From: Promethearchaeota archaeon
GTDB lineage: Archaea; Asgardarchaeota; Lokiarchaeia; Sigyniarchaeales; SOKP01
Assembly (NCBI GenBank): GCA_016840165.1
Contig: JAEOSU010000018.1
Coordinates: 1-64,000 of the forward strand
DNA: 64,000 nucleotides
Direction of reading: 5' to 3'
The position numbers were made by a program, and so were the translations under genes. How positions within the stretch are numbered: the stretch's first letter is position 1; every line of letters begins with the position of its first letter. The notes beneath the pieces were generated by a model. The model saw nothing but the letters and a program-made list of their open reading frames with translations, was not told where the DNA came from and did not search any database. Shown piece after piece: positions 41,566 to 51,598 of the stretch.

Positions 41566-42546
41566 TTATTTAAACAAAATTTCGGTCATTATATTAGCGA
41601 ATGAATCAAAGTCCTCTTTATTAATTGCCGGATCCCCTTTTAACATAAGTATATAATATGGTGTTTTGACATCTCGGATATTTAATTTCTTAAATATAAA
41701 GTTTCTCCCAAATCTTTGTACAATCATCTTACCTTCTTCTTCAATTCTTCCCGGTATGACTTGTGTAAATTGGAAACTGTCATTTAAGGTTAGAAAGTAG
41801 GGAGTGGATGCAGATAAAAGATTTTTAGTTTCCTCATCCTTGTAAAAATATCCAATGATGAGAGAGTTATCATCAATAACCACCACTCCCTCAGAATCTA
41901 CTTTTTTGGCAAATTCATCTATAGTTTTACTAATTAATTCCGCTTTGGGATATAAATTTAATAAAATTTCTGACATTGCGCTAATTATAGAATTTAGATC
42001 ATAAATCGATGTATTATAGTAATAAATGCGCTTATAATCTACAGAACGTCTCAGTTTTTCTTTAAGATCTATTTCTAAACTTTTAAATTCGTTCATTGCA
42101 TTTCGTCTTAATGCTGGGTCATATTTGTGGAAAAAGACATATATAGGAGGTTCAATTTCAAGTTTTCTAAATTGTTCAACCACATCTTTGAAGTAACTCA
42201 TAGCTTCTGGAATTCGTGGTTTGTTTTGAATGTCAATCACATAGATTGCGATCTCTGTTCCATCGAAATACTTCCCTGGGTTCTTAAGATAACTAATTCT
42301 ATAACTGATTTGTCCTCCCAAATCCCATTCGGCTATTTCCCTGCCTAAAAACTCAAAAATACGTCTTTGGGCTCCTCTAGTAGGTTTTAAAAGAGCTATT
42401 TTAGAGAATTCTCTTTGAAGGGCTAAAATTATTGAAGTCTTCCCTGCAGCATCTAAACCTGTAAACAATATTTTCGATTGAGGCTCAGGTGGCTCTTTTT
42501 TTTCTTTTGAAAGGTATTGAATTTCCAAAATAAATTCACCTTGCAA
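41566..42546 (-). CDS. Rag/Arf-like small GTPase with C-terminal roadblock-like domain
   Basis: GLDAAGKTS, KPTRG, WDLGGQ, Rag-type HKYD and TSIYD. True start may be TTG 42528 after GGTGA. Confidence 0.85.
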   Translation of the reverse strand: MQGEFILEIQYLSKEKKEPPEPQSKILFTGLDAAGKTSIILALQREFSKIALLKPTRGAQRRIFEFLGREIAEWDLGGQISYRISYLKNPGKYFDGTEIAIYVIDIQNKPRIPEAMSYFKDVVEQFRKLEIEPPIYVFFHKYDPALRRNAMNEFKSLEIDLKEKLRRSVDYKRIYYYNTSIYDLNSIISAMSEILLNLYPKAELISKTIDEFAKKVDSEGVVVIDDNSLIIGYFYKDEETKNLLSASTPYFLTLNDSFQFTQVIPGRIEEEGKMIVQRFGRNFIFKKLNIRDVKTPYYILMLKGDPAINKEDFDSFANIMTEILFK

Positions 42547-42693
42547 ATATGAGATAATGATAAAATATATTCTTTTGTAAGATGTGAAGAAATTATTCTA
42601 TATATTTGTTATGTAAAAACACCTTAAAATGAGTCAAATCCTATTTTGTTAAATTTGATCCTGAAAAATAATTTCTTGTTTGTTTTTAAACGA

Positions 42694-43251
42694 CTAAAAA
42701 ATTCCTTCTGAACTTTTGTATGTCAAGTTTTTATCTACAATAAGCTGATTAAGTTTATTTAATACCTCTTCTGGAGATTTAGCTTCGTGAATAATATCAG
42801 TTCGTCTATCGTCAATTTTTTGAGAGGCAATCTTTGAGGACCACCCTTCAATATTACTCATAGCAATTATAGGTTTTTCATAAATCCATGCAAAACACAA
42901 TTCAGAAAGTGTTCCCGCTTTCCCTCCTATAGCAATACAGGCATCTCCCGCGAGAATGACTACAATGTTTCTAGCTTGTGAAAAAGGTACTGGGATCACA
43001 ATATCAATATATTTATTTGCAAACTTTTTTTCCTTAAAAGGAATGATTCCAATCGTCAATCCTCCCGCTTGTTTTGCTCCTTCACAAATTGCTTCCATTA
43101 CACCAGATAATCCTCCGCAAGCAATCGCGTAATGCTCTTCTGCTAATAATCTTCCAAGAGATATAACTGTCTTTTTAGTTGGTTCATCGATCTCACTAGT
43201 TCCAATGACTGAAACGGTTGCTTTAATATCTTTTTTATAATCGAAATTCAT
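42694..43251 (-). CDS. TIGR00725 / LOG-like Rossmann-fold protein
   Basis: CGGLSGVMEA, TIGIIP, ARN, GGKAGTLSE. Confidence 0.88.
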   Translation of the reverse strand: MNFDYKKDIKATVSVIGTSEIDEPTKKTVISLGRLLAEEHYAIACGGLSGVMEAICEGAKQAGGLTIGIIPFKEKKFANKYIDIVIPVPFSQARNIVVILAGDACIAIGGKAGTLSELCFAWIYEKPIIAMSNIEGWSSKIASQKIDDRRTDIIHEAKSPEEVLNKLNQLIVDKNLTYKSSEGIF

Positions 43252-43393
43252 TATTAATTGTTCTTATTCCGAATTATTAATTAAATTAATGATTTGATTA
43301 TTCTGGAATCTATGCGATCATTAGTCAAAGGAAAAGTAAAATTTCCAAAAATCAAACCTACTCCCGAACTATAGTCATCTTAGATTTTTACTA

Positions 43394-44095
43394 CTACTTA
43401 GGATTATAACGGAGGAATTCAGGGATTCTCTCACCGCACTCCGGACAGAATGCCAATCCTTCATCAATAGCCTTTTTACAGTTAGGACAAGCAATCTTCC
43501 CCTTTAAAACTGGTTGAGATGAGGGTTTTATACTGGTTAGAGAGTCTCCTTTTACCTTTTTCGTCTTATCCGTATTTCTACGCTTTAATACTATAATTAT
43601 TATCATAAATGCTACAAATCCTAAAATAATGGTAAAAAGACTATACCCCATTCCTAAAAATATATCAAAAGTCTCACTATAAGTGAAAAGACCAGTAATA
43701 TTGAGCGTAAAATGATATTCCCCTGGAAAAGTCGTAATTAAAGGGGTTACTCTAATAGTTAATAGATGCGATTGATTATTTCCTAAAATTTCCATAGTTT
43801 GATTAATATTGATAAAATATCGATCCCCTGATTGCTCCGTTAAAGCATAATGAATCTGTCCGAAATTGGCAGACGATACATTTATAGCAATATGACCTTC
43901 AATAATGATCAAACCCGGTTTGATGATATTTAGAGTTATATTTGACCCTAACTGGGAGGTGTTCAGTAAATTCTCTTCAGAATAACTGAAATGGTTATTA
44001 ATAACAATAAATTTAGATTGAAAGTTGATAAAAAAGCAAGATAAAAATAAAATGCTAAAAAAATATATTAGAAATATCCGTTTTTTATTCCACAT
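43394..44095 (-). CDS. single-pass membrane protein with Ig-like ectodomain and cytoplasmic zinc ribbon
   Basis: Signal anchor, beta-rich PGEY region, TM, CPNC...FCPECG. Confidence 0.7.
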   Translation of the reverse strand: MWNKKRIFLIYFFSILFLSCFFINFQSKFIVINNHFSYSEENLLNTSQLGSNITLNIIKPGLIIIEGHIAINVSSANFGQIHYALTEQSGDRYFININQTMEILGNNQSHLLTIRVTPLITTFPGEYHFTLNITGLFTYSETFDIFLGMGYSLFTIILGFVAFMIIIIVLKRRNTDKTKKVKGDSLTSIKPSSQPVLKGKIACPNCKKAIDEGLAFCPECGERIPEFLRYNPK

Positions 44096-44114
44096 TACAT
44101 CTCTAACAATAATT

Positions 44115-45071
44115 TTAGTATTTAATAACTTCTATTGAAGATTTTTTATCATGAATTTTTAATATGGGTTCTTTTATAATTTTGCCAATAATCATGGCAT
44201 CCAATCCATAAAAACTAAATATTTTTATTGCTTCATCGCAATTCTCTAATGGAGCGGTTAAAACAAATGAAGTCGTTAAGTACATTTTGCTGTATTGCTC
44301 TAAAGAATAATTTTGTGCTATTAACTTAGGAGGGATACTTATAGAATCAATATCGATATTGGCCCCCACAGAAGAATATTTTACAATTTGTAAAATTGAA
44401 CCAAAGATACCACCATTCGAGATATCTTTTGAGGCATTAATAATATGTGCATGTGCGATTTGATTCATTGCATTTCTTTTGTATAAGACTTGATCACTTG
44501 ATTTAAATGTAACTGTATCCCAATATAGCTTATTTGCTTTTGCAACTTTACCGTCAAAATCAACAGCTAAAATTATTGCGTCACCAATTTGAGCATTCTT
44601 TGCTGAGATATAATCCTGTTTTAAAATTTCACCAACCATAGTGGAACTTAATTCATATGACTCACTACGTGGTTTTGTGTGGCCTCGAATGATAGGTACT
44701 TGAAATTTTGTGGAGCCTTCACAGATCCCCTCTATGATCTCTTGTCCGATTTTTGGATCTTTATAGGAAAGAATTAGACTTGCTGCTAAAGGTCTTCCTC
44801 CACAGCAGAAGATATCATCTACTCCTACGAGTATGGAACTGAATCCTGCACCATAGGGATAAGCTTTAATATAGTTAGTGTTTATTCTATCTGTTGTAAC
44901 TAATATATAGGTATCTTGATCATTTATAGCTGCAGAATCCTCACCCAAATCGGAATAAATTCTAGGACTTTTATAAGTCTTATCATTAATATACTGAACA
45001 ATTGGGCTTATTTCTTTTTTTTCAATGATGTTTTGATTTTTACGAATAGAATCTGCGATTTCTTCAAGCAT
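44115..45071 (-). CDS. AIR synthase-related (PurM-like; methanogenesis marker 2 / sll0787-like) protein
   Basis: GEDSAAI, VDDI...GGRP, GHT, KDISNGG. Confidence 0.82.
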   Translation of the reverse strand: MLEEIADSIRKNQNIIEKKEISPIVQYINDKTYKSPRIYSDLGEDSAAINDQDTYILVTTDRINTNYIKAYPYGAGFSSILVGVDDIFCCGGRPLAASLILSYKDPKIGQEIIEGICEGSTKFQVPIIRGHTKPRSESYELSSTMVGEILKQDYISAKNAQIGDAIILAVDFDGKVAKANKLYWDTVTFKSSDQVLYKRNAMNQIAHAHIINASKDISNGGIFGSILQIVKYSSVGANIDIDSISIPPKLIAQNYSLEQYSKMYLTTSFVLTAPLENCDEAIKIFSFYGLDAMIIGKIIKEPILKIHDKKSSIEVIKY

Positions 45072-45165
45072 AATAAAATCATATCTAAACTTATTAATAA
45101 TACATCATACATATTTAATTCAATAATTATCGTTTTAAAAATTAATTAATCACAAAATATCCATA

Positions 45166-46671
45166 ATGGAAGAGTTAATTAAATCTTCAATTATTAAATC
45201 AATAGTATTTTCGATTTATGGAGAGTTAGGACCTCAAGCACTATATATATGGCCTGAAATCATAAAGAAGGATACTAATAGTTCCAATTCTTCATTTAAT
45301 ATTGAGGAAAATATTGTATATCTAACCAATAGAGATGCAACTCAAATCGCTATTAAAAATTTGAGTTTATTAATTGGAGATGGTAGCATTTTAGAAAAAT
45401 CTAATTTAGATGAATATCGATATTTTGGGATTATTCCCTTTCCTGATTATAACTTAACCTCATTAACATTTTTTCATTTTACGAATGTTAATTATTCAGA
45501 AAAACCCTTACCATCAGCATGTTCGATTTTAATCGATGAATCGAAACGAAGTTTTTTGTATAATAATATCGAGAGATTTAAAGAATTGATTGTAGATTTT
45601 TGTACAACATTAGATAAAGAAAATGCAAAGGAACTTAAGTCTCAAAAAGAGCTCGAATCTTTATTCAAAAACCTTATCAATGAAATTATTTTAATAGAAA
45701 AGGAACCTACAACGCCTATCTCCGCTCATCGAAAACTTAAAATCATTATGGCAGGTCTTGATGATTCTGGAAAAACTTCCTTTTTACTTTCAGTAGATAG
45801 AAAGTATTCTAAATTAATAGGACTTAAACCTACCAGAGGAGCAAAAGTCAATTCGATTGAAGCTTTAGGAGCAACCATCTTTATATGGGATTTAGGCGGT
45901 CAGTTGGGTTTACGTAAAAAATATCTAAATAAAGCTCAATTATATCTCTATGAGGCGGATCTCTTGTTTTATTTTATTGATATTCGAAATAAAGCTAGAT
46001 TTAAAGAAAGTATTGAGTATCTAACCAAGATTAAGAACGTTCTAGATGGTTTTGAACAATCCACACCAATTATTTTTATTTTTTCAAAAGGCGATCCTGA
46101 TATAATTGATTCTAAAGAGATCAAAAATAATATCAAACTAATTACTACGGAATTAGAAAAATTAACTCCCAATGGTAAACCAGAGATCTACAATACAACG
46201 ATATTTCAATTATTTTCCATATTGAGAGCTTTTTCATCGGGAATAGCAAAACTAAGCCCCAACCGAGATTTAATAGAGTTAAATTTAAGTAGATTTTCCG
46301 AACAAACCCAAACATTTTTAACTTTACTTTTAAGTATGGATGGTCTTGTGCTAGCAGATCATTACACCACCGAAGCATTGAAACTAACTAAAGTGCCGAA
46401 ATCTGAAGAAATCCTTAATATATTTGAAATAACAGCCCCTCAATTTGCAATGTTATTCAAAATTTTTTCAAAATATAGGGCTGTTAAAAAAGATGAGGCA
46501 ATATTCAAGGTCGCAAAATCAGTCATCTTTTTTAAAAGAATTAGGATTTCCGAAACTGATATGTTCCTTTTATTTTTATTAGACGATGAAAAGAAAAAAG
46601 ATCAAATTAATGAGAATTTATCTAGCTTTCTAAATCAAACTCAAGATCTTCTTCTTCGCTATATTTCCTAA
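45166..46671 (+). CDS. uDENN/longin-like + Arf/Rag-like GTPase + roadblock-like fusion protein (paralog of 35032..36444)
   Basis: IIKSIVFS..ELGP, YFGIIPFPD. GLDDSGKTS, KPTRG, WDLGGQ, SKGD. Shares LSPNR and FEI.AP.F..L.K.F with the paralog. Confidence 0.85.
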   Translation: MEELIKSSIIKSIVFSIYGELGPQALYIWPEIIKKDTNSSNSSFNIEENIVYLTNRDATQIAIKNLSLLIGDGSILEKSNLDEYRYFGIIPFPDYNLTSLTFFHFTNVNYSEKPLPSACSILIDESKRSFLYNNIERFKELIVDFCTTLDKENAKELKSQKELESLFKNLINEIILIEKEPTTPISAHRKLKIIMAGLDDSGKTSFLLSVDRKYSKLIGLKPTRGAKVNSIEALGATIFIWDLGGQLGLRKKYLNKAQLYLYEADLLFYFIDIRNKARFKESIEYLTKIKNVLDGFEQSTPIIFIFSKGDPDIIDSKEIKNNIKLITTELEKLTPNGKPEIYNTTIFQLFSILRAFSSGIAKLSPNRDLIELNLSRFSEQTQTFLTLLLSMDGLVLADHYTTEALKLTKVPKSEEILNIFEITAPQFAMLFKIFSKYRAVKKDEAIFKVAKSVIFFKRIRISETDMFLLFLLDDEKKKDQINENLSSFLNQTQDLLLRYIS

Positions 46672-47570
46672 AATACTTTTTTTAAAGGGGAACGTTCAGA
46701 AATATTTTTTCGAAGGATTCTTTTACGATAATAGGCATTAACCGCAGCAATCAACGATTGAGCAGGGATTACACACTTTGCAAATTTTACTGGGCCAAAA
46801 AGAACAAAATCTCCTCCAGAATTGATGCAATATGACATTAAAGAGGCGATTGCTCCACATCTGGGTGATTCACCATACTTTTTTACATAATTCCATGCAA
46901 ATATTGCATTTGCGGGGGCAAATCCCGCGGGTAATCCTAATTTTGTCTTAATCATTCTCACAGTTTCAGCATTAATACTAATGGATGGCAAATCTAATAC
47001 TGCCGTATCAATCATGATATTTGTAATTCCCGCTTTTTTAGCTTTAGGAATTAAGCTTTCTTCTAAGAACTTTATTTTTTGATCAGGATAAATATATTTA
47101 TTTCCAAATGTTAATAATACAGCGTACTTAACTCCATAAGATTTTAATTTCTGCAACGTTTCGTCATTAGTTGCTTGGTCTATACTATTTAATACTGCTC
47201 GATCGAGTAAACCAATCTCACCTAATCTTTTTAACGCAGGAATACGAGAACTGTCATTTAATCCATCAACGAGAAAAGGATAATCGACTAAGTCCGCAAC
47301 AATCTCACATTCTCTAATTAATGCTTCAGGATATCCCCCAACTATATCTATCATCCCTTGCATATCAGTATCTTCGATGATCTCCGTGTATTCATTTAAC
47401 TCTTTCTCAAGTAATTCTATATCGATATTTCCTGTCTTTTCATCCAATAATGCTGCATGTTTAGTGTAAAAAACGGTTGCGACCATAACGGGAGGATTTT
47501 CTCCTGGCTGACCTCCAATCTTTGTACCAGCTATATTAATTACTTCTTGTTCTTTTTCATATTCTAACAT
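46668..47570 (-). CDS. mtrH: MtrH-family pterin-binding methyltransferase
   Basis: IGGQPGENP, NSI, DTAVLD, P.G.APAN, DFVLFGP. Confidence 0.85.
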   Translation of the reverse strand: MLEYEKEQEVINIAGTKIGGQPGENPPVMVATVFYTKHAALLDEKTGNIDIELLEKELNEYTEIIEDTDMQGMIDIVGGYPEALIRECEIVADLVDYPFLVDGLNDSSRIPALKRLGEIGLLDRAVLNSIDQATNDETLQKLKSYGVKYAVLLTFGNKYIYPDQKIKFLEESLIPKAKKAGITNIMIDTAVLDLPSISINAETVRMIKTKLGLPAGFAPANAIFAWNYVKKYGESPRCGAIASLMSYCINSGGDFVLFGPVKFAKCVIPAQSLIAAVNAYYRKRILRKNISERSPLKKVF

Positions 47571-47645
47571 TTTTTATCATTAATTCTTCTTAATACCTTG
47601 ATTAGCTTTTAGCTTAACTTTTAAATAAAGGTTTGTGTTTAAAAT

Positions 47646-48707
47646 TTAGGATTTATCTTTAGATTTGAGTTTCTGCTTAATCAATGTTCCAGTATAAATT
47701 ATTGATATTATGAATTCAGGTATCCATTTATGTAAAAGTAATATAATAATTGCAGCTATAAAGGAGCTTGCGGCTGAAATTGAAACATGTATACTTTCCC
47801 ATGGATATCCGATATAATACAAATATATTTGAATTAGCATACGAATAATATTGACTACATAAAATATAATCGATGATACGATCAATGATTTTGCCTTGCG
47901 CCATATAATATTTTTGTTAGTTTGCTTATCTTGTGAATGGGGTATGAATAAAATCAATCCAGCGAAGACACAAATAGCTTGAATCCCAGTGCAAAAAGTC
48001 TCAAAATAAATACTTGGCTTATCTGGTATTAAAAAACTCCAATAATATTTACCAACCGGATTGTAAACTGCTTGTGCTCCCATATTGAAAAATGTATTAA
48101 GAAGATATACTGTCTGCTTTACAACAACTTCATGAAGCCAATAGTTTACCTCTAAATCAAAGAAAAGATAAATTAAATAAGAGACTAATGGGGTTCCAAT
48201 GGCAAAAATTATTAATGAATTTTTTTTAAAAATATAATTTTTATTTTCAAATTCGATGGAGAGAGACTTTTTTGCCTTAGAATCACTTAGTGAGGGTTCA
48301 AGAGTTTTACTTAATTCTTCTTTTCCATTTATATCGCGAAAATTGTGATTTACTAAAATGTAGATAAAGACAATCAATAACGGAATCATTACTATCCCAA
48401 AATTGTATTTCGAAATAGATTCCATAACTGAAATTGAAAAGCCGATGAAATATGAAAAAATTAAATTCAAGCTCAAATAGATGATATTCTTCATTTTTAT
48501 GTTTAGACTGAACGATTTAGGAAAGGAATAAGTTATAAATAAAAGATGTAAGATGGAAAGTACAATCATTAAAATTATAAAAACGAGATTTATTCCTTCA
48601 ACAGAAGATATAGAGTAAATCCCAAAGAAAAAAGCGATAATTAATTGTAAGGAAAGACCAATGAAAGTTAAGTATTGATTTTTTAAGTTTAATCTCATGA
48701 TTGACAA
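47646..48707 (-). CDS. archaeosortase/exosortase family protein (archaeosortase H-like) with extra N-terminal TM domain
   Basis: Catalytic Cys in FCTG, NIIR arginine, downstream His in WESIH, multi-TM. Confidence 0.82.
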   Translation of the reverse strand: MSIMRLNLKNQYLTFIGLSLQLIIAFFFGIYSISSVEGINLVFIILMIVLSILHLLFITYSFPKSFSLNIKMKNIIYLSLNLIFSYFIGFSISVMESISKYNFGIVMIPLLIVFIYILVNHNFRDINGKEELSKTLEPSLSDSKAKKSLSIEFENKNYIFKKNSLIIFAIGTPLVSYLIYLFFDLEVNYWLHEVVVKQTVYLLNTFFNMGAQAVYNPVGKYYWSFLIPDKPSIYFETFCTGIQAICVFAGLILFIPHSQDKQTNKNIIWRKAKSLIVSSIIFYVVNIIRMLIQIYLYYIGYPWESIHVSISAASSFIAAIIILLLHKWIPEFIISIIYTGTLIKQKLKSKDKS

Positions 48708-48948
48708 TTCTAATTTTCTTTCATTAGAAAAAGTATTAGTTTTTATAAAATTTTATGAACTATATTTTTATTCATTATATCTTCTTATTCTAAGCTTTAA
48801 AAGGCTATAATGTAAAACAGTTGTAGAAGGGCATTATATAGCGTCGGTAAGATTCAGAAGTATTAAATAAGAAGGTATCCTATTAAGATAATGTTATTTA
48901 GGAAAAGAATATAAACATTTAGAAATCTATGGAGTAGCATGAATTACA

Positions 48949-49527
48949 GTGAGTAAAGGGAAAAATAGTTTAACTTATACTATACAAAATATTGTTGTTA
49001 GGTTGAGTTTAAATTGTAATCTAAATTTAGAGAAAATTGAAGATCGTTTTAAAAACTGTTCTTATAATCCAAATAACTTTCCAGGACTTTTTCTACGAAT
49101 AAAAGCCCCTAAATCAGTCTTAATTATCTTTAATAGCGGAAAAATCATTTTAACAGGGATTAAACTATTCCAAGATATTGATTACATTTTAGAATATTTG
49201 ATTTCTCAATTCCATCGAGAAAAAATTGTTCAAGTTGATCTAATAAAGAACAATTTTGATGTCAAAGTTGTCAATATTGTTATTACTGCAGACTTAAATA
49301 ATAAAATCGATTTAGATTTAGCTTCATTGTCATTAAAAAATGCTATTTATGATCCAGAAGTCTTTCCAGGATTGATCTACAAACATGATGATCATATAAA
49401 AGGCACCTTCCTAATTTTTAGTACCGGAAAGTTAGTATTTACAGGTATAGCTCAAGAAAGTCTAATAGAGCCCTCTTTAATAAGTCTTGGGCGATTACTT
49501 AAAACTATGGACCTTTTTAAACAGTGA
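48949..49527 (+). CDS. tbp: TATA-box-binding protein (divergent)
   Basis: Two repeats: QNIV/YNPNNFPGL/IFNSGK and VNIV/YDPEVFPGL/IFSTGK. Confidence 0.93.
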   Translation: MSKGKNSLTYTIQNIVVRLSLNCNLNLEKIEDRFKNCSYNPNNFPGLFLRIKAPKSVLIIFNSGKIILTGIKLFQDIDYILEYLISQFHREKIVQVDLIKNNFDVKVVNIVITADLNNKIDLDLASLSLKNAIYDPEVFPGLIYKHDDHIKGTFLIFSTGKLVFTGIAQESLIEPSLISLGRLLKTMDLFKQ

Positions 49528-49643
49528 TTATCGAATTTAAAACCTTAATATCATAAGGGTAAAATTTTTTTTTAATTGATAATTCATTACTTTGAAAAAA
49601 CCATCTTATATGAATAATATGGACAATATAAAATCTTGAGTGC

Positions 49644-50381
49644 ATGAATATGTCTGAAAATAATAAAGAAAATCAAGATGATGTAATTAATGAAGAGGAA
49701 GAAGATTCTCATCAAGATGAGGAACCTAAAGAGGCTGAAGAATCAACCACAAAAGCTAAATTTACATTTAAGTGTACTCGTTGCGATGCTTGTTGCCTTT
49801 CGCGAGGTCCCATACCAATTACTTTTTATGATTTAGAATTATGGGCTAAAAACGGTGTAATCGCTAATTTTCTTCCCTATTTAGATATATATAACAAACC
49901 AGATGGCAGCATCGATCTGATAATGAAACCACTTCCTCCCAAACCCAAAGAAGGAGAAGAATCAAAGAGAGATCCATTTAGTCCTGTTCCAATCGAAGAA
50001 TTATTAGAAGAGAAATGCCCTTTATATAATAAAGAGAAGAAAGAGTGTTTAGTATATCAGAATAGGCCTCTTAGCTGTCGAACTTATCCGCTTGAGTATG
50101 ATGGGAAAAATTTTACAATAGTCGATGTTGATTGCCCTGGTTTAAACGAAGAAGGAATGACCAAAGAAGAATTAAAAGAGATGAGAGATACAGCAAAAAG
50201 AATGTTCTATGAATTGACACGCATGCGAATTACTATACCCGTTTTAAATCAATTAATTACTCAAAAAGTTATGATCGATTTGATGCGACAGAATATGGAG
50301 GCAATGAGCAAAATGTCAGATGAAGACCGAGCAAAATTGGACGAAATCTTTAAGAAGGATCAAGAAGTTCCTGAAGAATAA
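49644..50381 (+). CDS. YkgJ family cysteine-cluster protein
   Basis: CTRCDACC, CPL...CLVYQNRPLSCRTYP, CPG. Confidence 0.9.
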   Translation: MNMSENNKENQDDVINEEEEDSHQDEEPKEAEESTTKAKFTFKCTRCDACCLSRGPIPITFYDLELWAKNGVIANFLPYLDIYNKPDGSIDLIMKPLPPKPKEGEESKRDPFSPVPIEELLEEKCPLYNKEKKECLVYQNRPLSCRTYPLEYDGKNFTIVDVDCPGLNEEGMTKEELKEMRDTAKRMFYELTRMRITIPVLNQLITQKVMIDLMRQNMEAMSKMSDEDRAKLDEIFKKDQEVPEE

Positions 50382-50508
50382 ATTTTCTTTCATTTTTCCT
50401 ATTCCTATTTTTTTATTATTAAATGATTTAAATGGGACAACGTTATTTCAGCTTACAATGTAGCACCCGTTTGATTTGATTTAGATATAAGATATAATTG
50501 TGATAGAT

Positions 50509-50527
50509 TGGTTCCAATTAGGAACCA
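50509..50527. terminator. hairpin TGGTTCC-AATTA-GGAACCA between convergent genes
   Basis: 7-bp perfect stem immediately 3' of the stop codon of 50531..50842. Confidence 0.3.
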
Positions 50528-50530
50528 TTT

Positions 50531-50842
50531 TCACTTTTTATCTAGCATGGTCAAATTTTGTGAATAGTATTTGGCAATTCTCCTGGTTTTTACAACTGTA
50601 TAAATGCTTAGTGCGAGAAATACTGCAATTATCCCTAAAGGTGGTCCAATCGTTAACATCATCATAATGAAATCTCCGAAATCAAAAAATGGTGATGTAA
50701 TAATCATAATAAGGTACGTATAAATAAATGAGAATAGCGTATAAGATGTTAAGATAACGCTTATTAGAGCTATGACAAAAATCCATACCGATTGTTTTTG
50801 TGTTATATTAAACCCAAACCATGTTTCATTCTCTCTACTCAT
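50531..50842 (-). CDS. small two-TM membrane protein
   Basis: Hydrophobic helices, ATG with upstream GAGTGA. Confidence 0.6.
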   Translation of the reverse strand: MSRENETWFGFNITQKQSVWIFVIALISVILTSYTLFSFIYTYLIMIITSPFFDFGDFIMMMLTIGPPLGIIAVFLALSIYTVVKTRRIAKYYSQNLTMLDKK

Positions 50843-51054
50843 TTTATCACTCTCTATTAAAAATGGATTTTAATATCAAAAATTTAACTTAGGTTAATAA
50901 AGGTTATTGTCTTCATATTATATCTGAAAAGCACATTTTTAATCACTTCTGGATAGAAAATGCATGAATTTAAAAATTTAAATTAAAGTTATTTCTACCT
51001 AACTTTATTTTTCTGCCCGAAAGACTTTATAATATCATTATCTTAGAACTAATT

Positions 51055-51579
51055 ATGGATGAATTAGTGGTAGATGGCTCGAGAATTAAGTTAGCCAAAG
51101 GAGATATTACCGATTTAGACACAGATGTAATAGTCAACGCGGCAAATGCTCAACTTATTATGGGGGGCGGCGTTGCTGGAGCGATACGACGCAAAGGAGG
51201 ACCAAAGATACAAGAAGAGTGCAATAAAATCGGTGGTACTCATGTTGGAGGTGCCGTGATTACTACTGGTGGAAATTTAAAAGCTAAATATGTAATTCAT
51301 GCTGTAGGTCCCCGTATGGGAGAGGGAAATGAGGATGAGAAGTTGAAAAATGCAACTCTTAATAGTCTTAAATTAATGGACGAGAAAAAACTCAAAACGA
51401 TTGCATTTCCCGCTATTTCCACGGGTATATTCGGTTACCCTATTGAAAAATGTGCTGAAATTATGATCGCAACCAGTAAAGAATATTTATCTGCTGATAC
51501 ACAGATTCAGGAAGTAATTTTTTGTTTATATTCAAAAAATGATTATGATGTTTTTAAAAAAGAATTAAATTTATATTAA
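51055..51579 (+). CDS. macrodomain ADP-ribose-binding/hydrolase (Af1521/YmdB type)
   Basis: GDIT, IVNAAN, GGGVAGAI, VIHAVGP, FPAISTGIFGYP. Confidence 0.95.
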   Translation: MDELVVDGSRIKLAKGDITDLDTDVIVNAANAQLIMGGGVAGAIRRKGGPKIQEECNKIGGTHVGGAVITTGGNLKAKYVIHAVGPRMGEGNEDEKLKNATLNSLKLMDEKKLKTIAFPAISTGIFGYPIEKCAEIMIATSKEYLSADTQIQEVIFCLYSKNDYDVFKKELNLY

Positions 51580-51598
51580 TAAAAATTTATGGACTGCT

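Noticed and set aside
44115-47570. Methanogenesis cluster
   Set aside because: Only MtrH-family and PurM-like genes are present, and both occur in non-methanogens.
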